Source of the DNA: Escherichia coli | GTDB lineage: Bacteria > Pseudomonadota > Gammaproteobacteria > Enterobacterales > Enterobacteriaceae | Length of the DNA: 64,000 nucleotides | NCBI RefSeq assembly: GCF_050920415.1 | Contig: NZ_CP169309.1 | Reading direction: 5' to 3' (one strand) | In this document: positions 1 to 10,787 of the stretch, piece after piece | Layout of the letters: each line of letters starts with the position of its first letter | Numbering within the stretch: position 1 is the stretch's first letter | Notes under the pieces: generated by a model | The model's database searches: none | Told to the model about the DNA's origin: nothing | The model's input: the letters and a program-made list of their open reading frames with translations, nothing else | Translations under genes and position numbers: made by a program

Positions 1-1
1 G

Positions 2-2341
2 CAACAACAGCAACTCAGCCAGCAGATAGTCGCTGCTGCCGATGAGATCGCACGCCTGGCACAAGGTCAGGCGAATAATGCGGCAACCTCCGCCGGAGCG
101 ACCCAGGCTGGGATTTACGATTTGATCGAACAACATCAGCGTCAGGCCGCAGAAAACGCACTTGATCGGCTGATTGATATCGATCTTGAGTACGTTAACC
201 AGATGAATGAACTGCGCCTTAGCGCCCTGCGGGTGCAGCAAATGGTGATGAATCTGGGGCTGGAACAGATCCAGAAAAATGCGCCAACGCTGGAAAAGCA
301 GCTCAATAATGCGGTGAAAATTCTGCAACGTCGGCAAATACGCATTGAAGATCCGGGAGTTCGTGCTCAGGTCGCAACAACGTTAACTTCCGTTAGCCAA
401 TATAGCGATTTGCTGGCGCTGTATCAGCAGGACAGTGAAATCAGCAATCACCTGCAAACTCTCGCCCAAAATAACATCGCCCAGTTCGCGCAGTTTAGTA
501 GCGAAGTCAGTCAACTGGTCGACACCATTGAGCTGCGTAATCAGCATGGCCTGGCGCATCTGGAAAAAGCCAGTGCACGCGGGCAATACAGCCTGTTATT
601 GCTGGGGATAGTTTCACTTTGTGCATTGATTCTGATCCTCTGGCGCGTAGTTTATCGCTCAGTCACGCGTCCACTTGCCGAACAAACGCAGGCGCTGCAA
701 CGACTGCTGGACGGTGATATCGACTCCCCTTTTCCGGAAACCGCTGGCGTGCGGGAGCTGGACACCATCGGGCGGCTGATGGATGCGTTTCGCAGCAGTG
801 TTCATGCGCTTAATCGCCACCGCGAACAGCTGGCGGCGCAGGTAAAAGCGCGCACAGCCGAATTGCAGGAATTGGTGGTCGAACATCGACAGGCACGGGC
901 GGAAGCAGAAAAAGCCAGCCAGGCAAAATCGGCGTTTCTGGCGGCAATGAGCCATGAGATCCGCACACCGCTGTACGGTATTCTCGGCACCGCGCAACTG
1001 CTGGCGGATAATCCCGCACTTAATGCCCAGCGTGATGATTTGCGGGCAATTACTGACTCTGGTGAATCGTTGCTGACCATCCTTAACGACATTCTCGATT
1101 ATTCGGCTATCGAAGCGGGTGGCAAGAATGTTTCGGTCAGCGATGAGCCCTTTGAACCGCGCCCGCTGCTGGAAAGTACCCTGCAATTAATGAGCGGACG
1201 GGTGAAAGATCGCCCAATTCGCCTGGCAACGGCAATTGCCGACGATGTACCAACTGCGTTAATGGGCGATCCGCGACGAATTCGTCAGGTCATTACCAAC
1301 CTGTTGAGCAACGCCCTGCGTTTCACTGACGAAGGGCACATTATCCTGCGTAGTCGCACTGATGGCGAGCAATGGCTACTCGAAGTAGAAGACAGCGGCT
1401 GCGGTATTGATCCCGCGAAACTGGCAGAAATCTTCCAGCCATTTGTTCAGGTAAGCGGCAAACGCGGCGGCACCGGGCTGGGGCTGACTATCAGTAGCCG
1501 TCTGGCCCAGGCGATGGGTGGCGAACTGAGCGCCACCAGTACGCCGGAGGTTGGAAGCTGTTTTTGTTTACGCTTGCCGTTACGTATTGCCACGGCACCC
1601 GTGCCCAAAACAGTCAATCAGGCGGTACGTCTGGACGATTTGCGTTTGCTGTTAATTGAAGATAACCCGCTAACCCAGCGAATTACCGTCGAAATGCTGA
1701 ACACCAGTGGTGCGCAGGTCGTTGCGGTAGGAAATGCCGCGCAGGCAATAGATGCATTGCAAAATAGCGAACCGTTTGCTGCCGCACTGGTGGATTTTGA
1801 TCTGCCGGATATAGACGGCATTACCCTTGCCCGGCAACTGGCACAGCAATATCCGTCACTGGTTTTGATTGGCTTTAGCGCCCATGTCATCGACGAAACA
1901 CTGCGCCAGCGTACCAGTTCATTATTTCGCGGGATTATACCTAAACCGGTGCCGCGTGAAGTGCTCGGTCAGTTACTGGCGCACTATCTCCAACTGCAAG
2001 TCAATAACGATCAACCGTTGGATATATCGCAACTCAATGAAGATGCTCAGTTAATGGGAACAAAGAAGATCCACGAATGGCTGGCATTATTTAAACAACA
2101 TGCCCTGCCGCTTCTCGATGAAATCGACATTGCCCGCGCCAGTCAGGATAGCGAGAAAATAAAGCGTGCCGCGCATCAGCTAAAAAGCAGTTGCTCAAGT
2201 CTGGGAATGCGTAGCGCCAGCCAGTTATGCGCACAACTGGAGCAGCAGCCATTATCTGCCCCCCTTCCACACGAAGAAATTACACGCAGTGTTGCCGCTC
2301 TGGAAGCATGGTTGAATAAGAAAGACCTGAACGCGATTTGA
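2..2341 (+). CDS. torS: Hybrid sensor histidine kinase TorS, 5'-truncated by window edge
   Basis: Frame is open from window start; H-box MSHEIRTPL, ATPase motifs ([15 protein letters not shown]), receiver domain ([17 protein letters not shown]), C-terminal HPt region; followed by yccM as in E. coli. Confidence 0.8.
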   Translation, partial: QQQQLSQQIVAAADEIARLAQGQANNAATSAGATQAGIYDLIEQHQRQAAENALDRLIDIDLEYVNQMNELRLSALRVQQMVMNLGLEQIQKNAPTLEKQLNNAVKILQRRQIRIEDPGVRAQVATTLTSVSQYSDLLALYQQDSEISNHLQTLAQNNIAQFAQFSSEVSQLVDTIELRNQHGLAHLEKASARGQYSLLLLGIVSLCALILILWRVVYRSVTRPLAEQTQALQRLLDGDIDSPFPETAGVRELDTIGRLMDAFRSSVHALNRHREQLAAQVKARTAELQELVVEHRQARAEAEKASQAKSAFLAAMSHEIRTPLYGILGTAQLLADNPALNAQRDDLRAITDSGESLLTILNDILDYSAIEAGGKNVSVSDEPFEPRPLLESTLQLMSGRVKDRPIRLATAIADDVPTALMGDPRRIRQVITNLLSNALRFTDEGHIILRSRTDGEQWLLEVEDSGCGIDPAKLAEIFQPFVQVSGKRGGTGLGLTISSRLAQAMGGELSATSTPEVGSCFCLRLPLRIATAPVPKTVNQAVRLDDLRLLLIEDNPLTQRITVEMLNTSGAQVVAVGNAAQAIDALQNSEPFAAALVDFDLPDIDGITLARQLAQQYPSLVLIGFSAHVIDETLRQRTSSLFRGIIPKPVPREVLGQLLAHYLQLQVNNDQPLDISQLNEDAQLMGTKKIHEWLALFKQHALPLLDEIDIARASQDSEKIKRAAHQLKSSCSSLGMRSASQLCAQLEQQPLSAPLPHEEITRSVAALEAWLNKKDLNAI

Positions 2342-2412
2342 ATCAATATCAGCCAGTTAAGAACAACTAGAATAGTGGCATTTGGTATGCAACTTAACGG
2401 ACTGGCAAAATC

Positions 2413-3486
2413 ATGACAGAGAAAAGAAGAACCCGCTGGCAGCGGCGGCCAGGGACGACGGGCGGCAAATTACCGTGGAATGACTGGCGCAATGCCACGA
2501 CCTGGCGTAAAGCGACGCAATTATTACTGTTGGCAATTAATATTTATATTGCCATCACGTTCTGGTATTGGGTGCGCTATTACGAAACGGCAGGTAGTAC
2601 GACATTTGTCGCCAGGCCAGGAGGCATCGAAGGCTGGCTACCGATTGCCGGTCTGATGAATCTGAAATATAGCCTTGCAACAGGCCAGTTACCGTCCGTC
2701 CACGCCGCCGCGATGCTGTTATTGGTCGCTTTTATCGTCATCAGTCTATTACTAAAAAAGGCCTTTTGTTCATGGTTATGCCCGGTTGGTACGCTTTCTG
2801 AATTCATCGGCGATCTCGGTAACAAACTGTTTGGTCGGCAATTTGTCCTTCCCCGCTGTCTGGATATTCCTCTGCGCGGCGTGAAGTATTTGCTGTTGAG
2901 TTTTTTTCTCTATATCGCGTTATTGATGCCCGCTCAGGCTATTCACTATTTTATGTTGTCGCCCTACAGCGTGGTGATGGACGTTAAAATGCTCGATTTC
3001 TTTCGTCATATGGGGACATCGACATTAATCAGCGTGACCGTTTTGCTGATTGTCAGTCTGTTTATTCGCCATGCCTGGTGTCGTTATCTTTGCCCATATG
3101 GCGCGCTGATGGGCGTGGTTTCGCTATTGTCGCCGTTTAAGATTCGTCGCAATGCCGAAAGTTGTATCGACTGTGGCAAATGCGCAAAAAATTGCCCATC
3201 GCGGATCCCGGTCGATAAATTAATTCAGGTACGAACCGTGGAATGTACCGGTTGTATGACTTGCGTAGAGTCATGTCCGGTAGCCTCAACATTGACCTTT
3301 TCACTGCAAAAACCTGCGGCAAATAAAAAAGCCTTTGCGTTGTCTGGCTGGTTAATGACGCTACTGGTTCTGGGGATTATGTTTGCGGTGATTGGTTACG
3401 CAATGTATGCGGGAGTATGGCAAAGCCCGGTGCCGGAGGAATTGTACCGACGCTTAATTCCGCAAGCGCCAATGATTGGTCACTAA
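2413..3486 (+). CDS. yccM: Membrane-bound 4Fe-4S ferredoxin-type protein (NapH/MauN-like)
   Basis: 357-aa ORF with multiple TM segments and Cys clusters (CxxCxxCxxxCP); recognised as YccM. Confidence 0.8.
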   Translation: MTEKRRTRWQRRPGTTGGKLPWNDWRNATTWRKATQLLLLAINIYIAITFWYWVRYYETAGSTTFVARPGGIEGWLPIAGLMNLKYSLATGQLPSVHAAAMLLLVAFIVISLLLKKAFCSWLCPVGTLSEFIGDLGNKLFGRQFVLPRCLDIPLRGVKYLLLSFFLYIALLMPAQAIHYFMLSPYSVVMDVKMLDFFRHMGTSTLISVTVLLIVSLFIRHAWCRYLCPYGALMGVVSLLSPFKIRRNAESCIDCGKCAKNCPSRIPVDKLIQVRTVECTGCMTCVESCPVASTLTFSLQKPAANKKAFALSGWLMTLLVLGIMFAVIGYAMYAGVWQSPVPEELYRRLIPQAPMIGH

Positions 3487-3533
3487 ATTAGCAACAAGCG
3501 GAACATCACCTCGCACGGGGTGATGTTCACAAA

Positions 3534-3707
3534 ATCACATTATTTTGATTTTGACATCATAGCTTTCAAGCCCGGTCATTTTTTCTCGTGCGGTGAAGCG
3601 AATTTCAGAGACTTCTTTCCCTGTATTCTTGTTCAGCTCGGCGATTTTTTGCGCGATAAAGTCAGCGATTTCCGTTTCGGCTTGTTTTTTTAACTCTTCA
3701 ATATTCA
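3534..3707 (-). CDS. gnsA: GnsA, small protein (57 aa), GTG start
   Basis: Hand translation gives VNIEELKKQAETEIADFIAQKIAELNKNTGKEVSEIRFTAREKMTGLESYDVKIKIM; AAGAGG Shine-Dalgarno 6 nt upstream of GTG; below the 60-aa ORF track cutoff. Confidence 0.7.
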
Positions 3708-3928
3708 CTGTTAACCTCTTCTGGTCTTAAAAGACAGCAACACGCCAGTAAGGTGTTGGTTCCCGGTACCCTGGTCAGGTAAGAAATGTTATAAGCCATC
3801 TCCCCTAAAGATTCAATAATCAACAGGTTATCGCTTACTATACATACAGCGTTAAAGAAAAATAAGGCAGATATAAAAAAGGCTCCACGAGGGAGCCTAA
3901 TCTTATTTTGTGAAATCCAGCGGCGCAT
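3698..3928 (-). CDS. ymcE: Small protein YmcE (76 aa)
   Basis: ORF 3698..3961 contains MRRWISQNKIRLPRGAFFIS...; position between gnsA and cspG matches E. coli order; start chosen at internal Met. Confidence 0.55.
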   Translation of the reverse strand: MRRWISQNKIRLPRGAFFISALFFFNAVCIVSDNLLIIESLGEMAYNISYLTRVPGTNTLLACCCLLRPEEVNSEY

Positions 3929-4100
3929 GGTCAGTGCGTATTTGCAGCGCGACGTTATCAAAGGTGATCATCGTCGATTTACAAAAAATACACTTTGCCC
4001 CTAAAGGATTTCGCTCCGTCACATCGAATGCCGATGTGCGGTACTGTGAACCATGACAACATGGACAGCGGAAATGGAGATGTTGAGTAATAACGGCAAC
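3903..4100 (-). CDS. Small zinc-ribbon-like protein (two CxxC pairs), start uncertain
   Basis: ORF 3903..4163 encodes HFRCPCCHGSQY...KCIFCKS; the listed Met lies inside cspG, so the true start is probably downstream and non-ATG. Confidence 0.3.
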   Translation of the reverse strand, partial: VAVITQHLHFRCPCCHGSQYRTSAFDVTERNPLGAKCIFCKSTMITFDNVALQIRTDHAPLDFTK

Positions 4101-4101
4101 C

Positions 4102-4314
4102 TTAGAGCGTAACAACGTTCGCTGCCGCGGGACCACGTTGCCCCTGCTCAATAGAAAATTCAACTTTCTGATTTTCGTTCAGCGTGCGGAATTCATTGCT
4201 CTGGATGGCGGTGAAATGGACGAAAACGTCTTTGCTGCCATCATCAGGAGTGATAAAGCCAAAACCTTTATCTGCGTTAAACCATTTTACTAAACCAGTC
4301 ATTTTATTAGACAT
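4102..4314 (-). CDS. cspG: Cold shock protein CspG
   Basis: 70-aa [37 protein letters not shown]... with RNP1/RNP2 cold-shock-domain motifs. Confidence 0.92.
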   Translation of the reverse strand: MSNKMTGLVKWFNADKGFGFITPDDGSKDVFVHFTAIQSNEFRTLNENQKVEFSIEQGQRGPAAANVVTL

Positions 4315-4599
4315 ATTTTACTTCCTTCATTTTGGGCCTTTCGGCAAACAGGGCTTTAATACAGAAACTACTTAGTGTTCAGGAGAGAGACTCAAAAGAA
4401 GGGGATAATGCCTGATAATGAGAACTGCTTTAGTAAACTACTTTGTATGCTGTCTGTCTTTCAAACCGACGCAGCTATTAACGCATGATAATTGAGATTA
4501 AGCAATTTTTATTTTAGCCGTCCGGCGGTCTTAAATATCGCTGGCTTTATTTTATTAACCCCGTATAGTGCAGCGCAGTATTTTCAGTAAGGAATTTGT

Positions 4600-4812
4600 T
4601 TGTCCCGTAAAATGACAGGAATTGTCAAAACCTTTGATCGCAAAAGCGGCAAAGGATTCATTATCCCCTCCGACGGTCGTAAAGAAGTCCAGGTCCATAT
4701 TTCCGCATTCACTCCCCGCGACGCAGAAGTGCTTATACCAGGATTACGCGTGGAATTTTGCCGCGTAAATGGCCTACGCGGACCAACAGCGGCAAATGTT
4801 TATCTCTCTTAA
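4600..4812 (+). CDS. cspH: Cold shock-like protein CspH
   Basis: 70-aa [40 protein letters not shown]...; divergent from cspG. Confidence 0.9.
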
Positions 4813-5253
4813 GATGACGCAGCTTGTTTAAAGCTGGCTGTTTTTATTAAAAAAGCTCAATAGTCAACATCGCACATTATAACAAAAGTTACTTTCACCC
4901 CAGAAAACAAATCCATTTAGCCGAATATCTCTGCACCTAATAGTTATAAATGCTACTTAACAGTCAATCATAGTACCGCTTGAAACTATATCACCAACAA
5001 TAGTTAATAGCTTTCTTAACAATTTTCTTATCTTTAATTTGTATTTTTCTAAGATTTATCTTATGCTCACAAGTCGTATTTCCAGAGGGAAATCGTTAAC
5101 AATCTTATATTTCTCTCTGCGCGCCTTTCCCACTCGCGGTATATAGTACCGACGGTATGCGGAAAGGGAGATTTCACAAGGATGTTATACTCAAAGTAGA
5201 CAATCCTGATCTCAAGCGTACGTATTGTCCATGCGATGAATAAAGGAAAAGTT

Positions 5254-5559
5254 ATGAAACACAAGCTTTCTGCAATCCTTATGGCCTTCATGTTGACGAC
5301 GCCAGCTGCGTTTGCTGCACCAGAAGCAGCAAACGGGACCGAGGCAACGACGGGTACTACTGGCACCACAACGACCACTACTGGTGCCACTACGACTGCT
5401 GCTACCACCGGTGGCGTAGCTGCTGGCGCTGTCGGCACGGCGACGGTTGTCGGTGTGGCAACGGCTGTTGGTGTGGCGACTTTGGCAGTAGTTGCAGCAA
5501 ATGACAGTGGCGATGGCGGTTCTCATAACACCTCAACCACCACGTCCACTACGCGCTAA
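5254..5559 (+). CDS. gfcA: GfcA, Thr-rich small secreted/membrane protein (group 4 capsule operon)
   Basis: MKHKLSAILMAFMLTTPAAFA signal peptide followed by Thr/Gly/Ala-rich low-complexity region; first gene of gfc operon. Confidence 0.75.
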   Translation: MKHKLSAILMAFMLTTPAAFAAPEAANGTEATTGTTGTTTTTTGATTTAATTGGVAAGAVGTATVVGVATAVGVATLAVVAANDSGDGGSHNTSTTTSTTR

Positions 5560-5665
5560 TACTGCTTTAACGCGTCAAAATTAAAGTTAAATGATACCCG
5601 GTTGCGATATTCGTACCGGGCTTTAGAGATTTGCATTTTTTTAATTAACCTTTCAAGGATTAAAG

Positions 5666-6310
5666 GTGCGCCCTCTTATTTTATCGATTTTCGCACTATT
5701 TCTTGCGGGATGTACACACAGCCAGCAAAGTATGGTCGATACATTTCGCGCCAGCCTTTTCGATAATCAGGATATCACCGTAGCGGATCAGCAGATCCAG
5801 GCGTTGCCTTATTCCACGATGTATTTACGCCTTAATGAAGGGCAACGAATCTTTGTGGTACTGGGATATATAGAACAAGAACAAAGCAAATGGTTATCCC
5901 AGGATAACGCCATGCTGGTTACCCACAATGGACGTCTTTTAAAAACCGTCAAACTTAATAATAATCTGCTGGAAGTGACAAATTCCGGGCAGGACCCTCT
6001 GCGTAACGCGCTGGCAATAAAAGACGGCAGCCGCTGGACGCGCGATATTCTCTGGAGTGAAGACAATCATTTTCGCTCTGCGACCCTGAGTTCCACTTTT
6101 TCCTTTGCTGGATTAGAGACGCTGAATATTGCGGGTCGCGATGTGCTGTGTAATGTCTGGCAGGAAGAGGTGACTTCCACGCTGCCAGAAAAACAGTGGC
6201 AAAACACATTCTGGGTCGATTCGGCTACTGGCCAGGTTCGTCAAAGTCGGCAAATGTTAGGCGCAGGGGTTATTCCCGTAGAAATGACGTTTCTTAAACC
6301 CGCACCATGA
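5666..6310 (+). CDS. gfcB: GfcB lipoprotein (YjbF family)
   Basis: 214-aa ORF with lipoprotein signal LFLAGC; operon position. Confidence 0.8.
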   Translation: MRPLILSIFALFLAGCTHSQQSMVDTFRASLFDNQDITVADQQIQALPYSTMYLRLNEGQRIFVVLGYIEQEQSKWLSQDNAMLVTHNGRLLKTVKLNNNLLEVTNSGQDPLRNALAIKDGSRWTRDILWSEDNHFRSATLSSTFSFAGLETLNIAGRDVLCNVWQEEVTSTLPEKQWQNTFWVDSATGQVRQSRQMLGAGVIPVEMTFLKPAP

Positions 6311-7053
6311 ATAAATTACAGTCGTATTTCATTGCCAGCGTACTTTACGTAATGACACCCCATGCCTTTGCGCAAGGAACGGTGACTATTTATCTGCCTG
6401 GCGAACAACAGCCCCTTTCCGTTGGCCCCGTGGAGAATGTTGTCCAGTTGGTGACACAACCGCAACTGCGCGATCGCCTCTGGTGGCCTGGAGTCTTGCT
6501 GACCGACTCCGCGGCGAAAGCTAAAGCGCTTAAAGACTACCAACATGTCATGGCACAGCTTGCTTCCTGGGAAGCAGAAGCTGACGACGATGTGGCGGCA
6601 ACGATTAAATCCGTGCGCCAGCAGTTACTCAATCTCAATATCACTGGTCGCTTACCGGTCAAACTGGACCCTGATTTTGTACGAGTGGATGAGAACAGCA
6701 ATCCCCCGCTGGTCGGGGACTATACGCTCTATACCGTACAGCGCCCAGTGACTATTACTCTGCTGGGTGCGGTTACTGGGGCTGGGCAATTGCCCTGGCA
6801 GGCAGGCCGTAGCGTTACCGATTATCTGCAAGATACCCCCCGTCTTGCAGGCGCGGACAAGAATAACGTTATGGTGATTACGCCTGAGGGTGAGACTGTC
6901 GTCGCCCCTGTTGCCCTGTGGAATAAAAGACATGTGGAACCACCGCCTGGCAGCCAGCTTTGGTTGGGCTTTTCTGCGCATGTACTGCCCGAAAAATATG
7001 CTGATTTAAATGACCAGATTGTGTCTGTTTTAACGCAACGTGTTCCTGACTGA
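6307..7053 (+). CDS. gfcC: GfcC, capsule biosynthesis periplasmic protein
   Basis: 248-aa ORF with signal peptide; 4-nt overlap with gfcB stop; operon position. Confidence 0.8.
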   Translation: MNKLQSYFIASVLYVMTPHAFAQGTVTIYLPGEQQPLSVGPVENVVQLVTQPQLRDRLWWPGVLLTDSAAKAKALKDYQHVMAQLASWEAEADDDVAATIKSVRQQLLNLNITGRLPVKLDPDFVRVDENSNPPLVGDYTLYTVQRPVTITLLGAVTGAGQLPWQAGRSVTDYLQDTPRLAGADKNNVMVITPEGETVVAPVALWNKRHVEPPPGSQLWLGFSAHVLPEKYADLNDQIVSVLTQRVPD

Positions 7054-9149
7054 TGAAGAAGAACTCTTATCTTTTAAGCTGCCTGGCCATTGCCGTCTCC
7101 AGTGCCTGTCATGCTGAAGTATTAACCTACCCGGATCCGCTGGGGTCGTCGCAATCAGACTTTGGCGGCACAGGATTGTTGCAGATGCCAAATGCGCGCA
7201 TCGCACCGGAAGGTGAATTCAGCGTCAACTACCGGGATAACGATCAATACCGTTTCTACTCCACGTCCGTGGCGCTGTTCCCATGGCTGGAAGGCACCAT
7301 TCGTTATACGGATGTGCGCACGCGCAAATATAGCCAGTGGGAAGATTTCAGCGGCGATCAGTCATACAAAGACAAATCTTTCGATTTTAAACTTCGCCTG
7401 TGGGAAGAAGGTTACTGGCTACCGCAAGTGGCGTTTGGTAAACGTGATATTGCTGGTACGGGTCTGTTTGACGGTGAATATTTGGTGGCCAGCAAGCAAG
7501 CGGGGCCATTTGATTTCACCCTCGGGATGGCGTGGGGCTACGCCGGTAATGCGGGCAATATTACCAACCCGTTTTGCCGGGTGAGCGATAAATATTGTCA
7601 TCGCGCAGAGTCTCACGATGCGGGAGATATCAGCTTTAGCGATATCTTTCGTGGCCCGGCTTCCATCTTTGGCGGCATTGAGTATCAAACGCCGTGGAAT
7701 CCCCTGCGTCTGAAACTCGAATACGATGGCAACAATTACCAGAATGATTTTGCGGGCAAATTGCCGCAGGCAAGCCATTTCAATTTCGGTGCTGTGTATC
7801 GTGCTGCCAGCTGGGCAGATCTTAACCTTAGCTACGAGCGCGGTAACACATTGATGTTTGGCTTCACGTTACGGACCAATTTCAACGATCTGCGCCCTGC
7901 CCTGCGCGATACGCCAAAACCGGCATATCAACCTGCGCCGGAATCTGAAGGATTGCAGTACACCACAGTAGCGAACCAACTTACCGCGCTGAAGTACAAC
8001 GCAGGTTTTGAAGCACCGGAAATTCAGCTGCGCGATAAGACGCTGTATATGTCTGGTCAACAATACAAATACCGTGATTCTCGCGAAGCGGTCGATCGTG
8101 CCAACCGGATTCTGGTGAATAACCTGCCGCAAGGCGTTGAGAAGATTAGCGTGACGCAAAAGCGCGAGCATATGGCGATGGTGACGACCGAAACCGACGT
8201 AGCCAGCCTGCGCAAACAGCTCGCCGGTACCGCGCCTGGTAAAGCAGAGCCACTGCAACAACAACGTGTTGAAGTAGAAGATCTTTCTGCCTTTGGTCGG
8301 GGCTACCGTATTCGTGAAGATCGCTTTAGCTATTCTTTCAACCCAACACTTTCGCAGTCGCTGGGCGGTCCGGAAGATTTTTATATGTTCCAGTTGGGGC
8401 TGATGTCCAGTGCCCGCTACTGGTTTACCGACCACCTGCTGCTTGATGGCGGTATTTTCACCAATATTTACAACAACTACGACAAGTTTAAGTCTTCGCT
8501 GTTACCCGCGGACTCTACCTTGCCCCGCGTGCGCACGCATATCCGTGATTACGTTCGCAATGACGTTTATCTCAACAACTTACAGGCGAACTATTTTGCC
8601 GACTTAGGCAACGGTTTCTATGGCCAGGTGTACGGCGGTTATCTGGAAACGATGTATGCCGGTGTTGGTTCCGAGCTGCTTTATCGCCCGCTCGATGCCA
8701 GCTGGGCGCTGGGGGTGGACGTTAACTACGTGAAGCAGCGTGACTGGGACAACATGATGCGCTTCACCGATTATTCCACGCCAACAGGTTTCGTGACGGC
8801 TTACTGGAACCCGCCGACGCTCAATGGCGTACTGATGAAACTCAGCGTTGGGCAATATCTGGCAAAAGATAAAGGGGCAACCATCGACGTCGCCAAACGC
8901 TTTGACAGCGGTGTGGCAGTAGGAGTATGGGCGGCAATCAGTAACGTATCTAAAGATGACTACGGCGAAGGCGGCTTTAGTAAAGGGTTTTATATCTCGA
9001 TTCCGTTTGACTTGATGACCATTGGACCTAACCGCAACCGCGCGGTGGTTTCGTGGACACCATTGACGCGTGATGGTGGACAAATGCTGTCACGCAAATA
9101 CCAGCTCTATCCAATGACGGCAGAGCGAGAAGTACCGGTTGGACAATAA
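7053..9149 (+). CDS. gfcD: GfcD, outer-membrane beta-barrel protein (YjbH family)
   Basis: 698-aa ORF with signal peptide; start overlaps gfcC stop. Confidence 0.8.
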   Translation: MKKNSYLLSCLAIAVSSACHAEVLTYPDPLGSSQSDFGGTGLLQMPNARIAPEGEFSVNYRDNDQYRFYSTSVALFPWLEGTIRYTDVRTRKYSQWEDFSGDQSYKDKSFDFKLRLWEEGYWLPQVAFGKRDIAGTGLFDGEYLVASKQAGPFDFTLGMAWGYAGNAGNITNPFCRVSDKYCHRAESHDAGDISFSDIFRGPASIFGGIEYQTPWNPLRLKLEYDGNNYQNDFAGKLPQASHFNFGAVYRAASWADLNLSYERGNTLMFGFTLRTNFNDLRPALRDTPKPAYQPAPESEGLQYTTVANQLTALKYNAGFEAPEIQLRDKTLYMSGQQYKYRDSREAVDRANRILVNNLPQGVEKISVTQKREHMAMVTTETDVASLRKQLAGTAPGKAEPLQQQRVEVEDLSAFGRGYRIREDRFSYSFNPTLSQSLGGPEDFYMFQLGLMSSARYWFTDHLLLDGGIFTNIYNNYDKFKSSLLPADSTLPRVRTHIRDYVRNDVYLNNLQANYFADLGNGFYGQVYGGYLETMYAGVGSELLYRPLDASWALGVDVNYVKQRDWDNMMRFTDYSTPTGFVTAYWNPPTLNGVLMKLSVGQYLAKDKGATIDVAKRFDSGVAVGVWAAISNVSKDDYGEGGFSKGFYISIPFDLMTIGPNRNRAVVSWTPLTRDGGQMLSRKYQLYPMTAEREVPVGQ

Positions 9150-9194
9150 CCTGACGTAATTCATAACATTACAATGACTGATAAATATAAACCA

Positions 9195-10334
9195 ATGAAA
9201 AAGAACATTTTTAAGTTTTCGGTACTGACATTGGCTGTTCTGTCTTTGACAGCATGTACCCTTGTTCCTGGTCAGAATTTATCGACCAGTAACAAGGATG
9301 TCATTGAACTACCTGACAATCAGTATGACCTGAACAAAATGGTCAATATCTATCCCGTCACGCCAGGATTGATTGATCAGCTGCGCGCCAAACCGATTAT
9401 GTCGCAGGCTAACCCGGAGCTGGAGCAACAAATCGCGAACTATGAATATCGCATCGGCATTGGCGATGTGTTGATGGTGACGGTCTGGGATCACCCGGAA
9501 CTAACCACACCCGCAGGGCAATATCGTAGCGCCAGTGATACTGGCAACTGGGTTAACGCTGATGGTGCAATTTTCTACCCTTATATTGGTCGCCTGAAAG
9601 TGGCCGGGAAAACGCTTACCCAAGTACGCAACGAGATTACAGCGCGTCTGGACTCAGTCATTGAAAGCCCGCAAGTCGATGTCAGCGTCGCGGCGTTCCG
9701 ATCGCAAAAAGCGTACGTCACCGGCGAAGTCAGCAAATCGGGTCAGCAGCCGATTACCAATATTCCTCTGACCATCATGGATGCGATTAACGCCGCGGGC
9801 GGTCTGACCGCAGATGCAGACTGGCGCAACGTGGTGCTCACCCAGAATGGCGTAAAGACCAAAGTGAACCTCTATGCGCTGATGCAGCGTGGCGACTTGC
9901 GCCAGAACAAACTGCTGCACCCGGGCGATATTTTATTTATTCCGCGCAACGATGATCTGAAAGTCTTCGTGATGGGTGAAGTGGGTAAACAGAGCACGCT
10001 GAAAATGGACCGCAGCGGTATGACCCTGGCGGAAGCACTGGGTAACGCTGAGGGTATGAATCAAGATGTCGCTGATGCGACGGGGATTTTTGTTATTCGT
10101 GCAACGCAAAACAAGCAGAATGGCAAAATCGCCAATATTTATCAGCTGAATGCGAAGGACGCATCGGCAATGATACTCGGAACGGAATTCCAGCTTGAAC
10201 CTTACGACATTGTTTATGTCACTACCGCGCCGCTGGCTCGTTGGAACCGTGTGATTTCTCTGCTGGTACCGACGATTTCCGGGGTGCATGACCTGACAGA
10301 GACTTCACGGTGGATTCAAACATGGCCCAACTAA
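9195..10334 (+). CDS. gfcE: GfcE, Wza-like outer-membrane polysaccharide export lipoprotein
   Basis: Lipoprotein signal [21 protein letters not shown]; Wza-family sequence; start taken at internal Met of ORF 9174..10334. Confidence 0.8.
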   Translation: MKKNIFKFSVLTLAVLSLTACTLVPGQNLSTSNKDVIELPDNQYDLNKMVNIYPVTPGLIDQLRAKPIMSQANPELEQQIANYEYRIGIGDVLMVTVWDHPELTTPAGQYRSASDTGNWVNADGAIFYPYIGRLKVAGKTLTQVRNEITARLDSVIESPQVDVSVAAFRSQKAYVTGEVSKSGQQPITNIPLTIMDAINAAGGLTADADWRNVVLTQNGVKTKVNLYALMQRGDLRQNKLLHPGDILFIPRNDDLKVFVMGEVGKQSTLKMDRSGMTLAEALGNAEGMNQDVADATGIFVIRATQNKQNGKIANIYQLNAKDASAMILGTEFQLEPYDIVYVTTAPLARWNRVISLLVPTISGVHDLTETSRWIQTWPN

Positions 10335-10768
10335 AATTTAACTCAATCCTGGTGGTTTGTACCGGCAACATTTGCCGTTCGCCCATTGGCGAACGCTTGC
10401 TGCGTAAACGTCTGCCAGGCGTAAAAGTCAAATCGGCAGGTGTTCATGGTCTGGTAAAGCACCCTGCAGATGCAACAGCGGCAGATGTTGCCGCTAATCA
10501 TGGCGTATCTCTTGAAGGACATGCCGGACGTAAGCTTACTGCTGAGATGGCACGAAATTACGATCTGATTCTGGCAATGGAGTCGGAACATATTGCTCAG
10601 GTTACGGCAATCGCTCCCGAGGTCCGCGGGAAGACAATGCTGTTTGGGCAATGGCTGGAACAGAAAGAGATCCCTGATCCCTATCGTAAAAGCCAGGACG
10701 CATTTGAACATGTTTACGGCATGTTGGAGCGCGCCAGTCAGGAATGGGCGAAGCGCCTTAGCCGGTAA
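10322..10768 (+). CDS. etp: Etp, low-molecular-weight protein-tyrosine phosphatase
   Basis: [10 protein letters not shown]-loop motif; overlaps gfcE 3' end by 13 nt. Confidence 0.85.
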   Translation: MAQLKFNSILVVCTGNICRSPIGERLLRKRLPGVKVKSAGVHGLVKHPADATAADVAANHGVSLEGHAGRKLTAEMARNYDLILAMESEHIAQVTAIAPEVRGKTMLFGQWLEQKEIPDPYRKSQDAFEHVYGMLERASQEWAKRLSR

Positions 10769-10787
10769 TTTGAGTTTATAAAATACG

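Noticed and set aside
5067-5526. Three ORFs antisense to or overlapping gfcA (123, 104 and 107 aa)
   Set aside because: Produced by the repetitive Thr/Gly/Ala codon tract; only the gfcA frame has a signal peptide and operon context.
7162-9083. Several 60-190-aa ORFs inside or antisense to gfcD (for example 7162-7584, 7869-8435, 8604-9083)
   Set aside because: Fully contained in a 698-aa gene with a signal peptide and operon context; typical shadow ORFs.
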